A stretch of 64,000 bases of DNA from Actinomycetes bacterium (lineage in GTDB: Bacteria > Actinomycetota > Thermoleophilia > Solirubrobacterales > Solirubrobacteraceae). The position numbers were made by a program, and so were the translations under genes. This document shows positions 49,072 through 58,609 of this stretch, one piece after another. The stretch spans positions 5,669 to 69,668 of the forward strand of contig JAJYUP010000003.1 of NCBI GenBank assembly GCA_021792455.1, given 5' to 3'. Within the stretch, counting starts at the first letter, position 1; each line of letters opens with the position of its first letter. The notes under the pieces are model-generated. The model did not search any database and was not told the origin of the DNA. It worked only from the letters and a program-made list of their open reading frames with translations.

Positions 49072-50340
49072 ATGGTCGTGTGCCTGAACTTCCCCCGCTT
49101 CGAGCTTGCGGTCGCCTTGGGCGGCCGGGAGCAGAGATGCCCCCCTGAGTGCAGGCGAAGCGCAGTGGGGCGTTCTGAGCCCTGTGCGATCGCGCCGACA
49201 CCTGGGGGACGAAGGCTGATCGGGGAGGTCTCAGAGGCGGCGGAAGCAGATGGCGTACGCGCTGGGATGGAGTTGGGTGAGGCGCTTGCACGCTGCCCCT
49301 CTCTGTGCCTGCTTCCCGCGAATCCGCTTGGAGCGGCAGAGGCGTGGGAGGTGATTCTGGATGCGCTCGAAGGCATCGGCGCGGAGGTGGAGGCGTCGAG
49401 GAGAGGGCTTGCCTTCTTTCAGGCGGACGGTCTGCTTGGCCTCCACCACGGCAGGATCGATTCGGTGATGAAGGCGGCGAGGATCGCATGCGCAGAGGCG
49501 CTGAGCACCGCTCCGCCTGGCACTGAGGTGAGGCTCTCGCCTGAGATGGGGGTGGGGCCGACGCGCTTCTGCGCGCTTGCGGCAGCCCTCTCTGCTCCCC
49601 TGCACGATCGCACGCTCGTCGTGCACGATGGGGAGGCGCCTCGCTGGCTGCGCTCCCAGCCAGTGGAGCTGCTGCGCTTTGAGGCGCAGACGGAGCACCT
49701 GCCGCTGCTGCTGCAGAGGCTTGGCATTCGCACGCTTGGGGACCTCCTCGCGCTTGGGCGCGACGCGATCGCCGACCGCTTCGGTCGCGCGGGCGTGCTC
49801 GCCTGCAGGCTTGCATCTGGAGAGCAGGAGCCGCTTGCGCGAAGGCGCAGAGAAGAGCGGCTGCAGGAGACGCTGCAGCTCGATGGGGCTGACTCAGGGC
49901 CTGCATTGAAGAGCATCCTGTCGGTTCTGATAGAGCGGCTGCTGGCGAATCGATCGCGACGGGGTCGGACGCTGCGTGCGGTGAGTCTCTCAGCGCAGCT
50001 GGTGGAGAGAGGCACATGGCGCAAGCGGGTCGTCTTCAGGGAGCCGCTGGGCGAGGCGGAGCGGATAGGGGCAGCGCTGTCCACGAGCCTCGAGGGCCTG
50101 CCCGCTCCCGTCGAGGCGCTGTGCCTGAGCGTCGACTGCTTCGGACCACCTGCAGGGGAGCAGCGTGACCTGCTCGGCGATGGTGCCGATGAGAAGCGGG
50201 CGCGGCTCGGTGAGGCGGTGGTCCAGGCACAGGCGTTTGCAGGCCTCGATGCAGCCTCGAGGGTGGTGCTCGTCGACCCCGACTCCCGTGTGCCTGAGCG
50301 CCGCACGATGCTTGCACCTTTCGAGGCACCGCCTCTGTGA
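49072..50340 (+). CDS. imuB: ImuB-like catalytically inactive Y-family polymerase
   Basis: VSEAAEADGVRAGMELGEALARCP, LGIRTLGDL..RFG HhH; no DxD/SIDE catalytic motif; upstream of dnaE2. Confidence 0.75.
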   Translation: MVVCLNFPRFELAVALGGREQRCPPECRRSAVGRSEPCAIAPTPGGRRLIGEVSEAAEADGVRAGMELGEALARCPSLCLLPANPLGAAEAWEVILDALEGIGAEVEASRRGLAFFQADGLLGLHHGRIDSVMKAARIACAEALSTAPPGTEVRLSPEMGVGPTRFCALAAALSAPLHDRTLVVHDGEAPRWLRSQPVELLRFEAQTEHLPLLLQRLGIRTLGDLLALGRDAIADRFGRAGVLACRLASGEQEPLARRRREERLQETLQLDGADSGPALKSILSVLIERLLANRSRRGRTLRAVSLSAQLVERGTWRKRVVFREPLGEAERIGAALSTSLEGLPAPVEALCLSVDCFGPPAGEQRDLLGDGADEKRARLGEAVVQAQAFAGLDAASRVVLVDPDSRVPERRTMLAPFEAPPL

Positions 50341-50542
50341 GGGGGATGAAGCGGTGGCTTCTGAGGGCAGGTACTGGAGCGGTGGGGATGTGGGCGGTGG
50401 TCCTGGCGGTGGATCTGGCGGCAGCGCCCCCAGGCGCGAGATCCAAGGCGGCGACGGCCAAGGCGACGGCCAAGGCGGCGGGGGACTGGGTGGCAGAGGC
50501 ACAGGCGGCAAAGGCGGCAGGGGACAGGGTGTCAGCAGGCGT

Positions 50543-50788
50543 GTGCTGAACAAGCCGCGTCCCGTGAGCGTGAAGGTCGGCGATCGCAGGCATGGCGAAG
50601 AGGGCGTCCCTGTCGAGGTTGGCGGCGAACGGATCGAGGCCGTGCGTGAGACCTGGCTCGTAGAGGATCGGTGGTGGACGGAGAGCCCAGTGCGACGTCG
50701 CTACTGGGAGGTGGTGAGCGCAGGCGGCCGCAACCTCGTCGTCTTCCACGACCTGCTCTCAGGCCGCTGGTTCTCTCAGGCGGCGTGA
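50543..50788 (+). CDS. Small dnaE2-associated protein (DUF6504-like); alternative start at GTG 50354 would add a Gly-rich extension
   Basis: IEAVRETWLVEDRWW...RRRYWEV...VFHDLLSGRW pattern typical of the imuB-dnaE2 accessory module. Confidence 0.7.
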   Translation: MLNKPRPVSVKVGDRRHGEEGVPVEVGGERIEAVRETWLVEDRWWTESPVRRRYWEVVSAGGRNLVVFHDLLSGRWFSQAA

Positions 50789-50822
50789 GCGCGGGAGATG
50801 ACGCCCAGGCATGTGTTCGCAG

Positions 50823-53800
50823 ATGCGATGCCCACCACGATACGCAGAGCTGCACAGCCACTCCGCCTACTCGTTCCTGGATGGCGCCTCGAGGCCAGAG
50901 GAGCTCGTAGAGAAGGCGCTCGAGCTCGGCTATGAGGCGCTTGCGCTCACAGATCACGACTCGCTCTCAGGGGCGATGGAGCTTGCGATCGCCGCGAAGG
51001 GCACGCCGCTGAAGCCGATCTTCGGGGCGGAGATGACGGTGCAGATCGAGCGGCGCGAAGGCGAGGGGTCGCATCGTCGCTTCAGGCGGCGCGAAGGCGA
51101 GGGGCTGGATTGTCGCTGCGAGCGGCGCGAAGGCGCTCTCGAGGAGCCTTTCGGTGATCGGGGCGCATTCCGGCACATCACGCTGCTCGTAGGAGACAGA
51201 CGTGGGTGGGCCAGCCTCTGCAGGCTGATCACGCTTGCTCACAGCCACACTCGGAGCGGCCCTGGGCGCAGGGCTGGGCAGCCGAGCGTGACGCTGGAGC
51301 AGGTAGTCGATCACGCCGATGGGCTCGTCTGCCTGAGCGGGTGCGCTGGTCGTGGAATCGAGGATGAGGCGTCTCTGCGCAGGCTGCTGGAGGCCTTCGG
51401 CCCGAGGTCTCTGTACATCGAGCTCCAACGCACATACGCTCGCCACGACAGGGCGCGCGCGATGATGCGCGAGCGGCTTGCGCGACGGATCGGCTTGAAG
51501 ACCGTTGCGAGTGGAGATGTTCACGCACACAGCAGAGAGCGGGCGCTGCTTCAGGACGCATTCGTTGCGATGAGGCACAGGCTGACGCTCGACGGCTGCG
51601 AGGCTCACCTGCGCCCGAACCACACCCACGTTCTCGCGAGGCCAGAGGCGCTTGCATCGCGCTTCGCCGGTCACGAGGACGCCGTCGCTGAGAGCGCTGC
51701 TCTCGCTGAGACGCTGAACTTCGACCTCTGCGCAGATCTCGGCTACAGCTACCCAGGAGCAGAGAGGGAGGACGCTGCGAGGCGGCTGAGGGAGGTTTGC
51801 GAAGCGGCCTTCGATGTGCGCTACGCGCCAGGCTCGAAGCGCAGGGGGGAGGCGGCGCTGCGTCTCGAGGAGGAGCTTGCGGTGATCGAGAAGCTGCGGC
51901 TTTCCGGCTTCTTCCTGCTCCACCACGAGATATTCGAGCTCGCAGGCGAGGCGGCTGCCGCTGTGCGCAGAGGGGGCTCAGCGAGCACGCTGCTCACGCC
52001 AGGCAGGGGTCGCGGCTCCTCAGTGTCTTCGATCGTCTGCTATCTGACGGGGCTCTCCCACATCGACCCAGTGGAGAACGGCATCGCGATCGGACGCTTC
52101 CTGCACGAGGAGATCGAGTCTGTGCCAGACATCGACCTCGACTTTCCGAGAGATGTGCGAGAGAGGCTGATACCGATGATCCACGAGCGCTACGGGCGCG
52201 ATTGCTCTGCGCTCGTCGCCGCCTTTCCAACCTTCAGGGCGCGTGGTGCGATCAGGGAGATCGGCAGGGCGCTTGGACTGCCGCCAGGCGAGATCGAGCG
52301 CGTCGCGCGCACCGCTGATGGGTGGGGGGGAGAGGGGGCGGTTGCAGAGGCGGCGAAGTCCGTCCTCGGCAGGGAGCGCTCGAACACAGGGAGGTGGCGA
52401 TGGCTCGTCTTTCTCGCCGAGCAGGCACAGCGTCTGCCAAGGCACCTCTCCCAGCATTCAGGCGGGATGATCGTTGCGACGAGGCCGCTGGTCGACTGCT
52501 GCCCGATTGTGCCTGCGGCGATCGAGGGGCGCCAAATCGCCCAGTGGGACAAGGACTCCTGTGCTGACGCGGGCTTCTTGAAGATCGACCTGCTTGGCCT
52601 TGGGATGCTCTCCGCAGTCGAACGATGCGTCGAGACGATCGCGAGTCGCACCGGCGAGCAGGTTGATCTGAGCAGGATCCCATTCGACGACGAGGCGACG
52701 TTCAAGTGCATCGAAGAGGCGCAGACGACAGGCGTCTTCCAGATCGAGAGCCGCGCTCAGATGAGCTCCCTGCGCCGCACGAGGCCAAGGACGCTTGCAG
52801 ACCTGACGATCCAAGTGGCGATCGTGCGCCCAGGGCCGATCGTAGGTGGTGCGATCAACCCCTACATCGAACGGCGCCAGAGGCTGCTCGCCGAGCCGAG
52901 CCTACGCTCAGAGATTCCCTACCCTCACCCTTCGCTGCGGGAGCCGTTGTCTGAGACGCTTGGGACGATCGTCTTCCAAGACCAGGTGATCGAAGTAGCG
53001 GTCGCCTTTGCAGGGTTCACGCAGGGCAGGGCGGAGGGCCTGCGCAGGGCGATGTCGAGGAGACGCTCAGCGGAGGCGATCGAGCGTCACCACAGAGAGT
53101 TCGTAGAGGGAGCGATGTCAACTCACGACGACGTCGACGAAGCCCTCGCTGAGCGGGTGTGGCAGATGGTCGCAGGCTTTGCGGGGTTTGGCTTTCCGAA
53201 GGCTCACGGCGCGGCCTTCGGCCTGCTCGCCTACCAGTCCGCTTGGCTGAGGGTCCATCACCCCGCTGAGTTCCTCTGCGCCCTGCTGAACGAGCAGCCG
53301 ATGGGCTTCTACGCTCCAGACAGCCTGATCCACGAGGCGCAGCGGCGTGGAGTGAGGGTGCTGCCGCCTGAGGTGTGCGAGAGCGATATCGACTGCACCC
53401 TGAGGCATGACGGCGCGATCTCAATGGGCCTGCGCTATGTGAAGGGGCTCGCAAGGAGGGACGCCGAGGCTCTGGTCGCAGCGAGGAGGTGCGCTCCATT
53501 TCGCAGCCTCTCTGATCTCGCTTCGAGGTCAGGGATGAGCAGGGCGGCGCTCGAGCTGCTTGCGAGCGCAGGGGCCTGCGACATGCTTGCGAGCGGTGGC
53601 GATGTGGCACGGCGGAGGGCCCTGTGGCAGCTGGGGATGGCAGCTGCCGCTCACAGGTTGAAGGACGGGCGGATGGAGCAGGGCGGGGCGAGCGTGCCCA
53701 GGCAGGGCGGTGGCAGGAGCGTGCCCAGGCAGGGCGGGGCGAGCGTGCCCAGGCGGGGCGGTGGGGCTGTGGGCAGGGCTGTGGAGGGCGAGCGGCAGGT

Positions 53801-54305
53801 TGCGATCCAGCTCGCGCTCGAGCTCGATCTTCCAGATGCGCCTGCTCTGCCTCCTGTGGGGGAGTGGGAGGCGATGCTCGCCGACTATGCGACGACAGGC
53901 GTCTCGATAGAGCGCCATCCGCTTGGGCTGATGAGGCGAAGTCTGCGTGGCGAGGGTGTGCTCTGCTCTGCGGAGCTCGAGGGGGTGATGCACGGCGAGG
54001 CAGTGAGGGTTGCAGGTCTCGTGATCGCAAGGCAGCGGCCAAGCACTGCGAAAGGGATCACATTCATGCTGCTCGAGGATGAGGCTGGCACGATCAACGT
54101 CATCGTCTCAGCCCGCCTCTATGAGCGACGGCGGACGGTCGTGCGGACAGAGCCGCTGCTGCTCGTAGGAGGACGGCTCGAGCGTCATGAGAGCGGCGGG
54201 GGGACGGTGAATGTGGTCGCGTCCGACCTGGAGGCGCTCGATCGCAGCTTCGCGGCTGGCGCGCTCCGACGCAGCGCACCTCGCCCCCGCGGGCCGCTCT
54301 CCTGA
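50823..54305 (+). CDS. dnaE2: Error-prone DNA polymerase III alpha-like
   Basis: YAELHSHSAYSFLDGAS PHP domain, GRGSS, PDIDLDF, SQHSGG, FPKAHGAAF, QPMGFYAP, RQRPSTAKG OB fold. Confidence 0.95.
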   Translation: MRCPPRYAELHSHSAYSFLDGASRPEELVEKALELGYEALALTDHDSLSGAMELAIAAKGTPLKPIFGAEMTVQIERREGEGSHRRFRRREGEGLDCRCERREGALEEPFGDRGAFRHITLLVGDRRGWASLCRLITLAHSHTRSGPGRRAGQPSVTLEQVVDHADGLVCLSGCAGRGIEDEASLRRLLEAFGPRSLYIELQRTYARHDRARAMMRERLARRIGLKTVASGDVHAHSRERALLQDAFVAMRHRLTLDGCEAHLRPNHTHVLARPEALASRFAGHEDAVAESAALAETLNFDLCADLGYSYPGAEREDAARRLREVCEAAFDVRYAPGSKRRGEAALRLEEELAVIEKLRLSGFFLLHHEIFELAGEAAAAVRRGGSASTLLTPGRGRGSSVSSIVCYLTGLSHIDPVENGIAIGRFLHEEIESVPDIDLDFPRDVRERLIPMIHERYGRDCSALVAAFPTFRARGAIREIGRALGLPPGEIERVARTADGWGGEGAVAEAAKSVLGRERSNTGRWRWLVFLAEQAQRLPRHLSQHSGGMIVATRPLVDCCPIVPAAIEGRQIAQWDKDSCADAGFLKIDLLGLGMLSAVERCVETIASRTGEQVDLSRIPFDDEATFKCIEEAQTTGVFQIESRAQMSSLRRTRPRTLADLTIQVAIVRPGPIVGGAINPYIERRQRLLAEPSLRSEIPYPHPSLREPLSETLGTIVFQDQVIEVAVAFAGFTQGRAEGLRRAMSRRRSAEAIERHHREFVEGAMSTHDDVDEALAERVWQMVAGFAGFGFPKAHGAAFGLLAYQSAWLRVHHPAEFLCALLNEQPMGFYAPDSLIHEAQRRGVRVLPPEVCESDIDCTLRHDGAISMGLRYVKGLARRDAEALVAARRCAPFRSLSDLASRSGMSRAALELLASAGACDMLASGGDVARRRALWQLGMAAAAHRLKDGRMEQGGASVPRQGGGRSVPRQGGASVPRRGGGAVGRAVEGERQVAIQLALELDLPDAPALPPVGEWEAMLADYATTGVSIERHPLGLMRRSLRGEGVLCSAELEGVMHGEAVRVAGLVIARQRPSTAKGITFMLLEDEAGTINVIVSARLYERRRTVVRTEPLLLVGGRLERHESGGGTVNVVASDLEALDRSFAAGALRRSAPRPRGPLS

Positions 54306-54392
54306 AGTGAACTGTCGGCAGGGGGCCGTGAGGCTTTTCCTGAGAATCCCTGCTCCCTTGCCGCCGGCCTGCCAGAGCGGTCTGCCAAGAGG

Positions 54393-55061
54393 TCAGCGAG
54401 GCAGTCTCGCTGCGAACTCTGAGAGGGCGTCCGGGTCCCGCAGCGGCGGTCCATGGCCAAAGCACACGAGCTCTGGCCGGAGCGCCGCGAGACGCCGCGC
54501 GGAATCCCTGTTGCGGGCAGGGTCAGGCGTGAACATCGCCGGCGGCTCGTGGAGTCCAGGGCGACCTGTGAGCAGGTTCATGTTGTTCAACACGTCGCCA
54601 AGCACGAGCACCCTGTCAGCCTCCCGCCACAGCGATATGTGGCCGATGGTGTGCCCAGGGGTCTCGAGCACCGTGAACCCCGCGAGCTCATCTCCCTCCG
54701 CGAGCGCCCTGTCGACTGGATGGGCAGGCCCAGTCCACCACCGCGCCTGCACCGAGTTCAGCCACCGCGGCGCGTTCGGGTTGCGCACGCCACCCTCCGT
54801 CTGCACTGCGTCGAGATCATCTCTGCCGCACCAGAGCGGAATCTGCAGCCGCTCGCAGATCGCGTGGCTCGAGCCCTGATGGTCAGGGTGAGCGTGTGTG
54901 AGCGCGTGCGCAGATACAGGCGATCCAGCGATCTGTCTGAGGATCCTGCGCTCCGCCTGACGGGTGCCTGCATCGATGAGGACGTCGCCGAGCAGATAGA
55001 TGTTGATCGCGTTCGGCGGAAATCCGCTGAGCATGAACACCCCCTCAGCGAGGCGCTTCAT
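54393..55061 (-). CDS. MBL-fold metallo-hydrolase
   Basis: THAHPDHQG, TPGHT, LGD, FGHG. Confidence 0.92.
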   Translation of the reverse strand: MKRLAEGVFMLSGFPPNAINIYLLGDVLIDAGTRQAERRILRQIAGSPVSAHALTHAHPDHQGSSHAICERLQIPLWCGRDDLDAVQTEGGVRNPNAPRWLNSVQARWWTGPAHPVDRALAEGDELAGFTVLETPGHTIGHISLWREADRVLVLGDVLNNMNLLTGRPGLHEPPAMFTPDPARNRDSARRLAALRPELVCFGHGPPLRDPDALSEFAARLPR

Positions 55062-55149
55062 CTCGCTCCCTTCCGCGACGCCCCGAGCACGAAGCCCGCA
55101 TGATCGTGGTCGCAGACGCCGTGGTCGGCGGATCGCTCTTGCCCGCGAG

Positions 55150-57150
55150 CTACCAATGCACGCCTCTCATCAGGTTTGCCATCGCGATCTGCTCGAGGTT
55201 CGCGCGCTCCTCTGCGGTCACCCGCTCACCCTTCGCCGCGGCGGAGTCAGGGAACACCTGGTAGGCGAGATGCAGGATGCGATCGACCGCGCTCGGCGAG
55301 ATGGCGTACGCGACTTCTCCGAAGGTTCCAAGCCTCGTGCCTATGTGCTTGCTGCGAGTCCGCAGAGCCTCACAGATCATCTCAGCTGCCTGCTCTGGGC
55401 TGATCGCGGGAAAGGCGTCATAGATCTTCGTGGGCGCGATCATCGGCGTCTTGACGAGCGGCATGTGAATCGTCGTGAAGATCACGCCGTCGCCGATCAC
55501 CTCAGAGGCGACGACCTTCGTGAAGGCGTCGAGCGCCGCCTTCGAAGCGACGTATGCAGAGAACCTCGGTGGGCTCGTCTGAACGCCGATCGAGGACACG
55601 TTCACTATGTGGCCGGAATGCCTCTCACGCATCGTCGGCAGGAGCCTGAGGATCAGCCTCACTGCGCCGAAGTAGTTGAGCTGCATCGTGCGCTGATAGT
55701 CGTGGAACCGGTCGCAGCTGAGCGCGATCGACCGCCTTATCGAGCGCCCCGCGTTGTTGACGAGCACGTCGACGTGGCCGTGATCAGAGAGCACCCTCTC
55801 CACGAGACGGTCGATGTCATCCATGTTCGAGATGTCAGCCGAGTAGACGTAGGCGACGCCGCCGTTTGCGACGATCTCTGCCCGCACCTGCTCGAGCTTC
55901 TCGACGTCCCTGGCAACGAGCAGCGGCACCGCGCCGGCAGCGGCGAGCTTCAGCGCGGCCGCACGGCCGATCCCAGAGGAGGCGCCAGTGATGAGGATGT
56001 GCTTGCCTTCAACGACCTCCTGCAGCGTTCTGTGCCTCCTCGCCGCCGCGTCCATCTCCCGCTCCCAGTAGCCCCAGATCTTCTCGACATACTCCTCGAA
56101 TGCAGGCGGGCGCTGAAACGGCGTGCCTGCGAGTGCACTGCGGGCGCGGGTCGTATCGAAGGAGGGCGCGAGCTCGATGTGGCGCAGGACCTCCTCAGGG
56201 ATGCCGAGCTCCCGCAGCGCAACCCGTCTCGCCCAGCTGAGTCCCGGCAGCTTCCAGGGCAGCGAGAGCGCCGATGTCGGCAGCGGGTCGAGGACCCTCC
56301 TGTCGATCGTGAGCGCGATCTTCGGGGCCCTCGCCGCCTCAGCGAGGAGATTGAACATCTTCGCGACCTCGATGCCATCGGGGTCGGTGAGGTGGAACGA
56401 GCTGCCGTCGAGTCCGTCCTGATGCGCGATGTGGTCGAGTGCCGCAGCGACCCAGTCGACGGGCACGACGTTCGTCTTGCCGAGGTCGAGCCCTATGAGC
56501 GGCAGCCAGTGAGGCAGAACGTGCCCGACTCGCTGCAGCGTCTTGAAGAAGTAGTAGGGGCCGTCGATCTTGTCCATCTGCCCAGTCCTCGAGTCGCCGA
56601 GAACGATCGAGGGCCTGTACACCCGCCATGGCACGTCGCACTGCTCCCTGACGATCCGCTCAGCTTCGAACTTCGTCCTGTGGTAGGGGGATGGCAGCGC
56701 CTGTCCCACCTCGAAGTCGTCCTCTGAGAAGACGCCCCGCTTCGTGCCGGCGACCGCGATCGAGGAGACGTGGTTGAACCGTGTGACCTGAAGCGACCGT
56801 GCAAGCTCGACGGCGTGTGTTGTGCCGCCGACGTTGAGCTCAGTGTTGCTGCGTGCTGAGGCGGTCATGTCATAGAGCGCGCCGAGATGGAACATCTGGC
56901 TGACCTCGCCCCGCAGCGACTCGATGCTCGCCTGGGCGACACCAAGCAGGGGCTGTCTGAGGTCACCGCGCAGCACCTTTATGCGCGCAGGTGCGTCATC
57001 CCTGTGCTCTGCGAGGTCTCTGACGAGCTCGGCGGCCTTGCGAATCGACTGGTCGCGGACGAGGATGTGGATCTCGCCATCGCGCTGAAGCAGCCGCTCA
57101 ACGAGTCGCCGACCTATGAACCCCGTTGCTCCTGTGACCAGGTAGGTCAT
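55150..57150 (-). CDS. Two-domain SDR oxidoreductase, fatty acyl-CoA reductase-like; possible coupled start at 57282
   Basis: N-domain TGATGFIG and YHRTK; C-domain TGASSGIG, NNAGRS, YVASK. Confidence 0.88.
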   Translation of the reverse strand: MTYLVTGATGFIGRRLVERLLQRDGEIHILVRDQSIRKAAELVRDLAEHRDDAPARIKVLRGDLRQPLLGVAQASIESLRGEVSQMFHLGALYDMTASARSNTELNVGGTTHAVELARSLQVTRFNHVSSIAVAGTKRGVFSEDDFEVGQALPSPYHRTKFEAERIVREQCDVPWRVYRPSIVLGDSRTGQMDKIDGPYYFFKTLQRVGHVLPHWLPLIGLDLGKTNVVPVDWVAAALDHIAHQDGLDGSSFHLTDPDGIEVAKMFNLLAEAARAPKIALTIDRRVLDPLPTSALSLPWKLPGLSWARRVALRELGIPEEVLRHIELAPSFDTTRARSALAGTPFQRPPAFEEYVEKIWGYWEREMDAAARRHRTLQEVVEGKHILITGASSGIGRAAALKLAAAGAVPLLVARDVEKLEQVRAEIVANGGVAYVYSADISNMDDIDRLVERVLSDHGHVDVLVNNAGRSIRRSIALSCDRFHDYQRTMQLNYFGAVRLILRLLPTMRERHSGHIVNVSSIGVQTSPPRFSAYVASKAALDAFTKVVASEVIGDGVIFTTIHMPLVKTPMIAPTKIYDAFPAISPEQAAEMICEALRTRSKHIGTRLGTFGEVAYAISPSAVDRILHLAYQVFPDSAAAKGERVTAEERANLEQIAMANLMRGVHW

Positions 57151-57274
57151 CTGCAGTCGAGCATAACTGCTCTGCAGCGGAGTCGCCGCAAGCCCCCGCT
57201 TGCGCCGTTGTGCGCGGAGCGGTTGGTGAGCGGCGAGGGTCCGCGAGGCGCGAGAGCTCGCGAAGCGCGAGAGC

Positions 57275-58114
57275 TCACTCATGCAGCGGGCGCCCGCTGC
57301 GTCCCGCTCCCGCGGCGAAGCGGGCCGCGCCGGCGCGCGCCTGGTCGAGCAGGGCAGGGCCCGACCTGGACTCGAGCTCGAGGCCCGCTGGAAGCGGCAT
57401 GTCGAGCCCTGAGATCGCCGCTGTCCTGTCTGCGAGCATCGTCTGCTGGGGGAAGGATGCGATCTGCTCCGCGAGCTCGAAGGCGCGCTCGAGGTGCGCT
57501 CCTTCGCTGACGATCTCGTTGACGAGGCCGATTGCGAGCGCCTCCTGCGCATCGATGACGCGCCCGGTGAGGATGAGCTCGAGGGCGCGGCCAAGGCCTA
57601 CGATCCGCGGCAGCCGCTGGGTCCCGCCATCGATGAGCGGCACACCGAACCTCCGCTCTGTGAACCCGAGCTTCGACCCTGACGCGGCGATCCGGAGGTC
57701 GCACCAAAGAGCGATCTCGAGGCCGCCAGCGACGCACCAGCCAGAGATCGCGGCGATCGTCGGCTTCGCTGTGGTGAGGCGCGTGAAGCCGAGCGGCCCC
57801 GCCGGTGCGTTCACCCTGCTGGCGAAGCTGTCGATCCGCTTCAGGTCCGCGCCTGCGCAGAAAGCCTCCGTGCCCGCGCCGGTGATGATGAGCACCTGTG
57901 CTGAGGGATCGGATTCGAACCGCCTCACCGCACGCTCGAGCTCCGTGGCGGTGTGCCCGTCGATCGCGTTGCGGCAGAACGGGCGGTTGATCGTGACGAG
58001 CGCGCTGCGGCGATGACGCGTATAGCTCACCGGCTCGCGCTCAGAGCGCTCCTCTGGGCCGGCTTCACGGGCCTGGCCTGAGCGAGTCCCCTCCTGGTCT
58101 TCACTGCTCATCAC
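57275..58114 (-). CDS. Enoyl-CoA hydratase/isomerase (crotonase family)
   Basis: FCAGADLK, AGGLEIALWCDLR, GVPLIDGGTQRL. Confidence 0.93.
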   Translation of the reverse strand: MMSSEDQEGTRSGQAREAGPEERSEREPVSYTRHRRSALVTINRPFCRNAIDGHTATELERAVRRFESDPSAQVLIITGAGTEAFCAGADLKRIDSFASRVNAPAGPLGFTRLTTAKPTIAAISGWCVAGGLEIALWCDLRIAASGSKLGFTERRFGVPLIDGGTQRLPRIVGLGRALELILTGRVIDAQEALAIGLVNEIVSEGAHLERAFELAEQIASFPQQTMLADRTAAISGLDMPLPAGLELESRSGPALLDQARAGAARFAAGAGRSGRPLHE

Positions 58115-58147
58115 AGAGCCTCCCCGAAGGCCCCGCCGCCGGTGCTG

Positions 58148-58462
58148 CTACCAGCCGCCGCGCCAGTAGGCCTCGGCGAGCGACGCTTTCTCTGCGGCTT
58201 TGTGAGCCTCTTTGCGCTTGTCGAGCCGCCACTGGATGAGGCTGAAGGCGAGAATCAGCAGCGGGAAGCCGGCAATCATGATCAAAGCGAAATAGACGAC
58301 GACTTCGTCGGTCGTCGTGCCCCACAGCCCGCGGCCATGCGCTTTCTCCGCGAGGGCGCTCGGTGCGATCAGCAGCAGCGCTGCGCCCGCCCAGCAGAGC
58401 GCTGCGAAGAGCTTGCCAATCCTGGCCTTCGAGGTGCCGCCCGCTGCGGTGATCCTGCGCAT
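58148..58462 (-). CDS. Small membrane protein with signal peptide and one TM segment
   Basis: Signal ending SALA, then GRGLWGTTTD, TM helix, basic tail ending WRGGW. Confidence 0.6.
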   Translation of the reverse strand: MRRITAAGGTSKARIGKLFAALCWAGAALLLIAPSALAEKAHGRGLWGTTTDEVVVYFALIMIAGFPLLILAFSLIQWRLDKRKEAHKAAEKASLAEAYWRGGW

Positions 58463-58609
58463 CGGCGTGGATCCTACAGAAGCGGCAGCGGCGCGTGCGG
58501 CGCAGCGGCACGCAGCGGCACGCGGCGGTGAGGTGCTTTCTCCTCGCAGGCGGCACTTCGTCGGGAGCGGCCTTCGGCGGTCGCGATGAAGCTCATACCA
58601 TGGCGGTCT

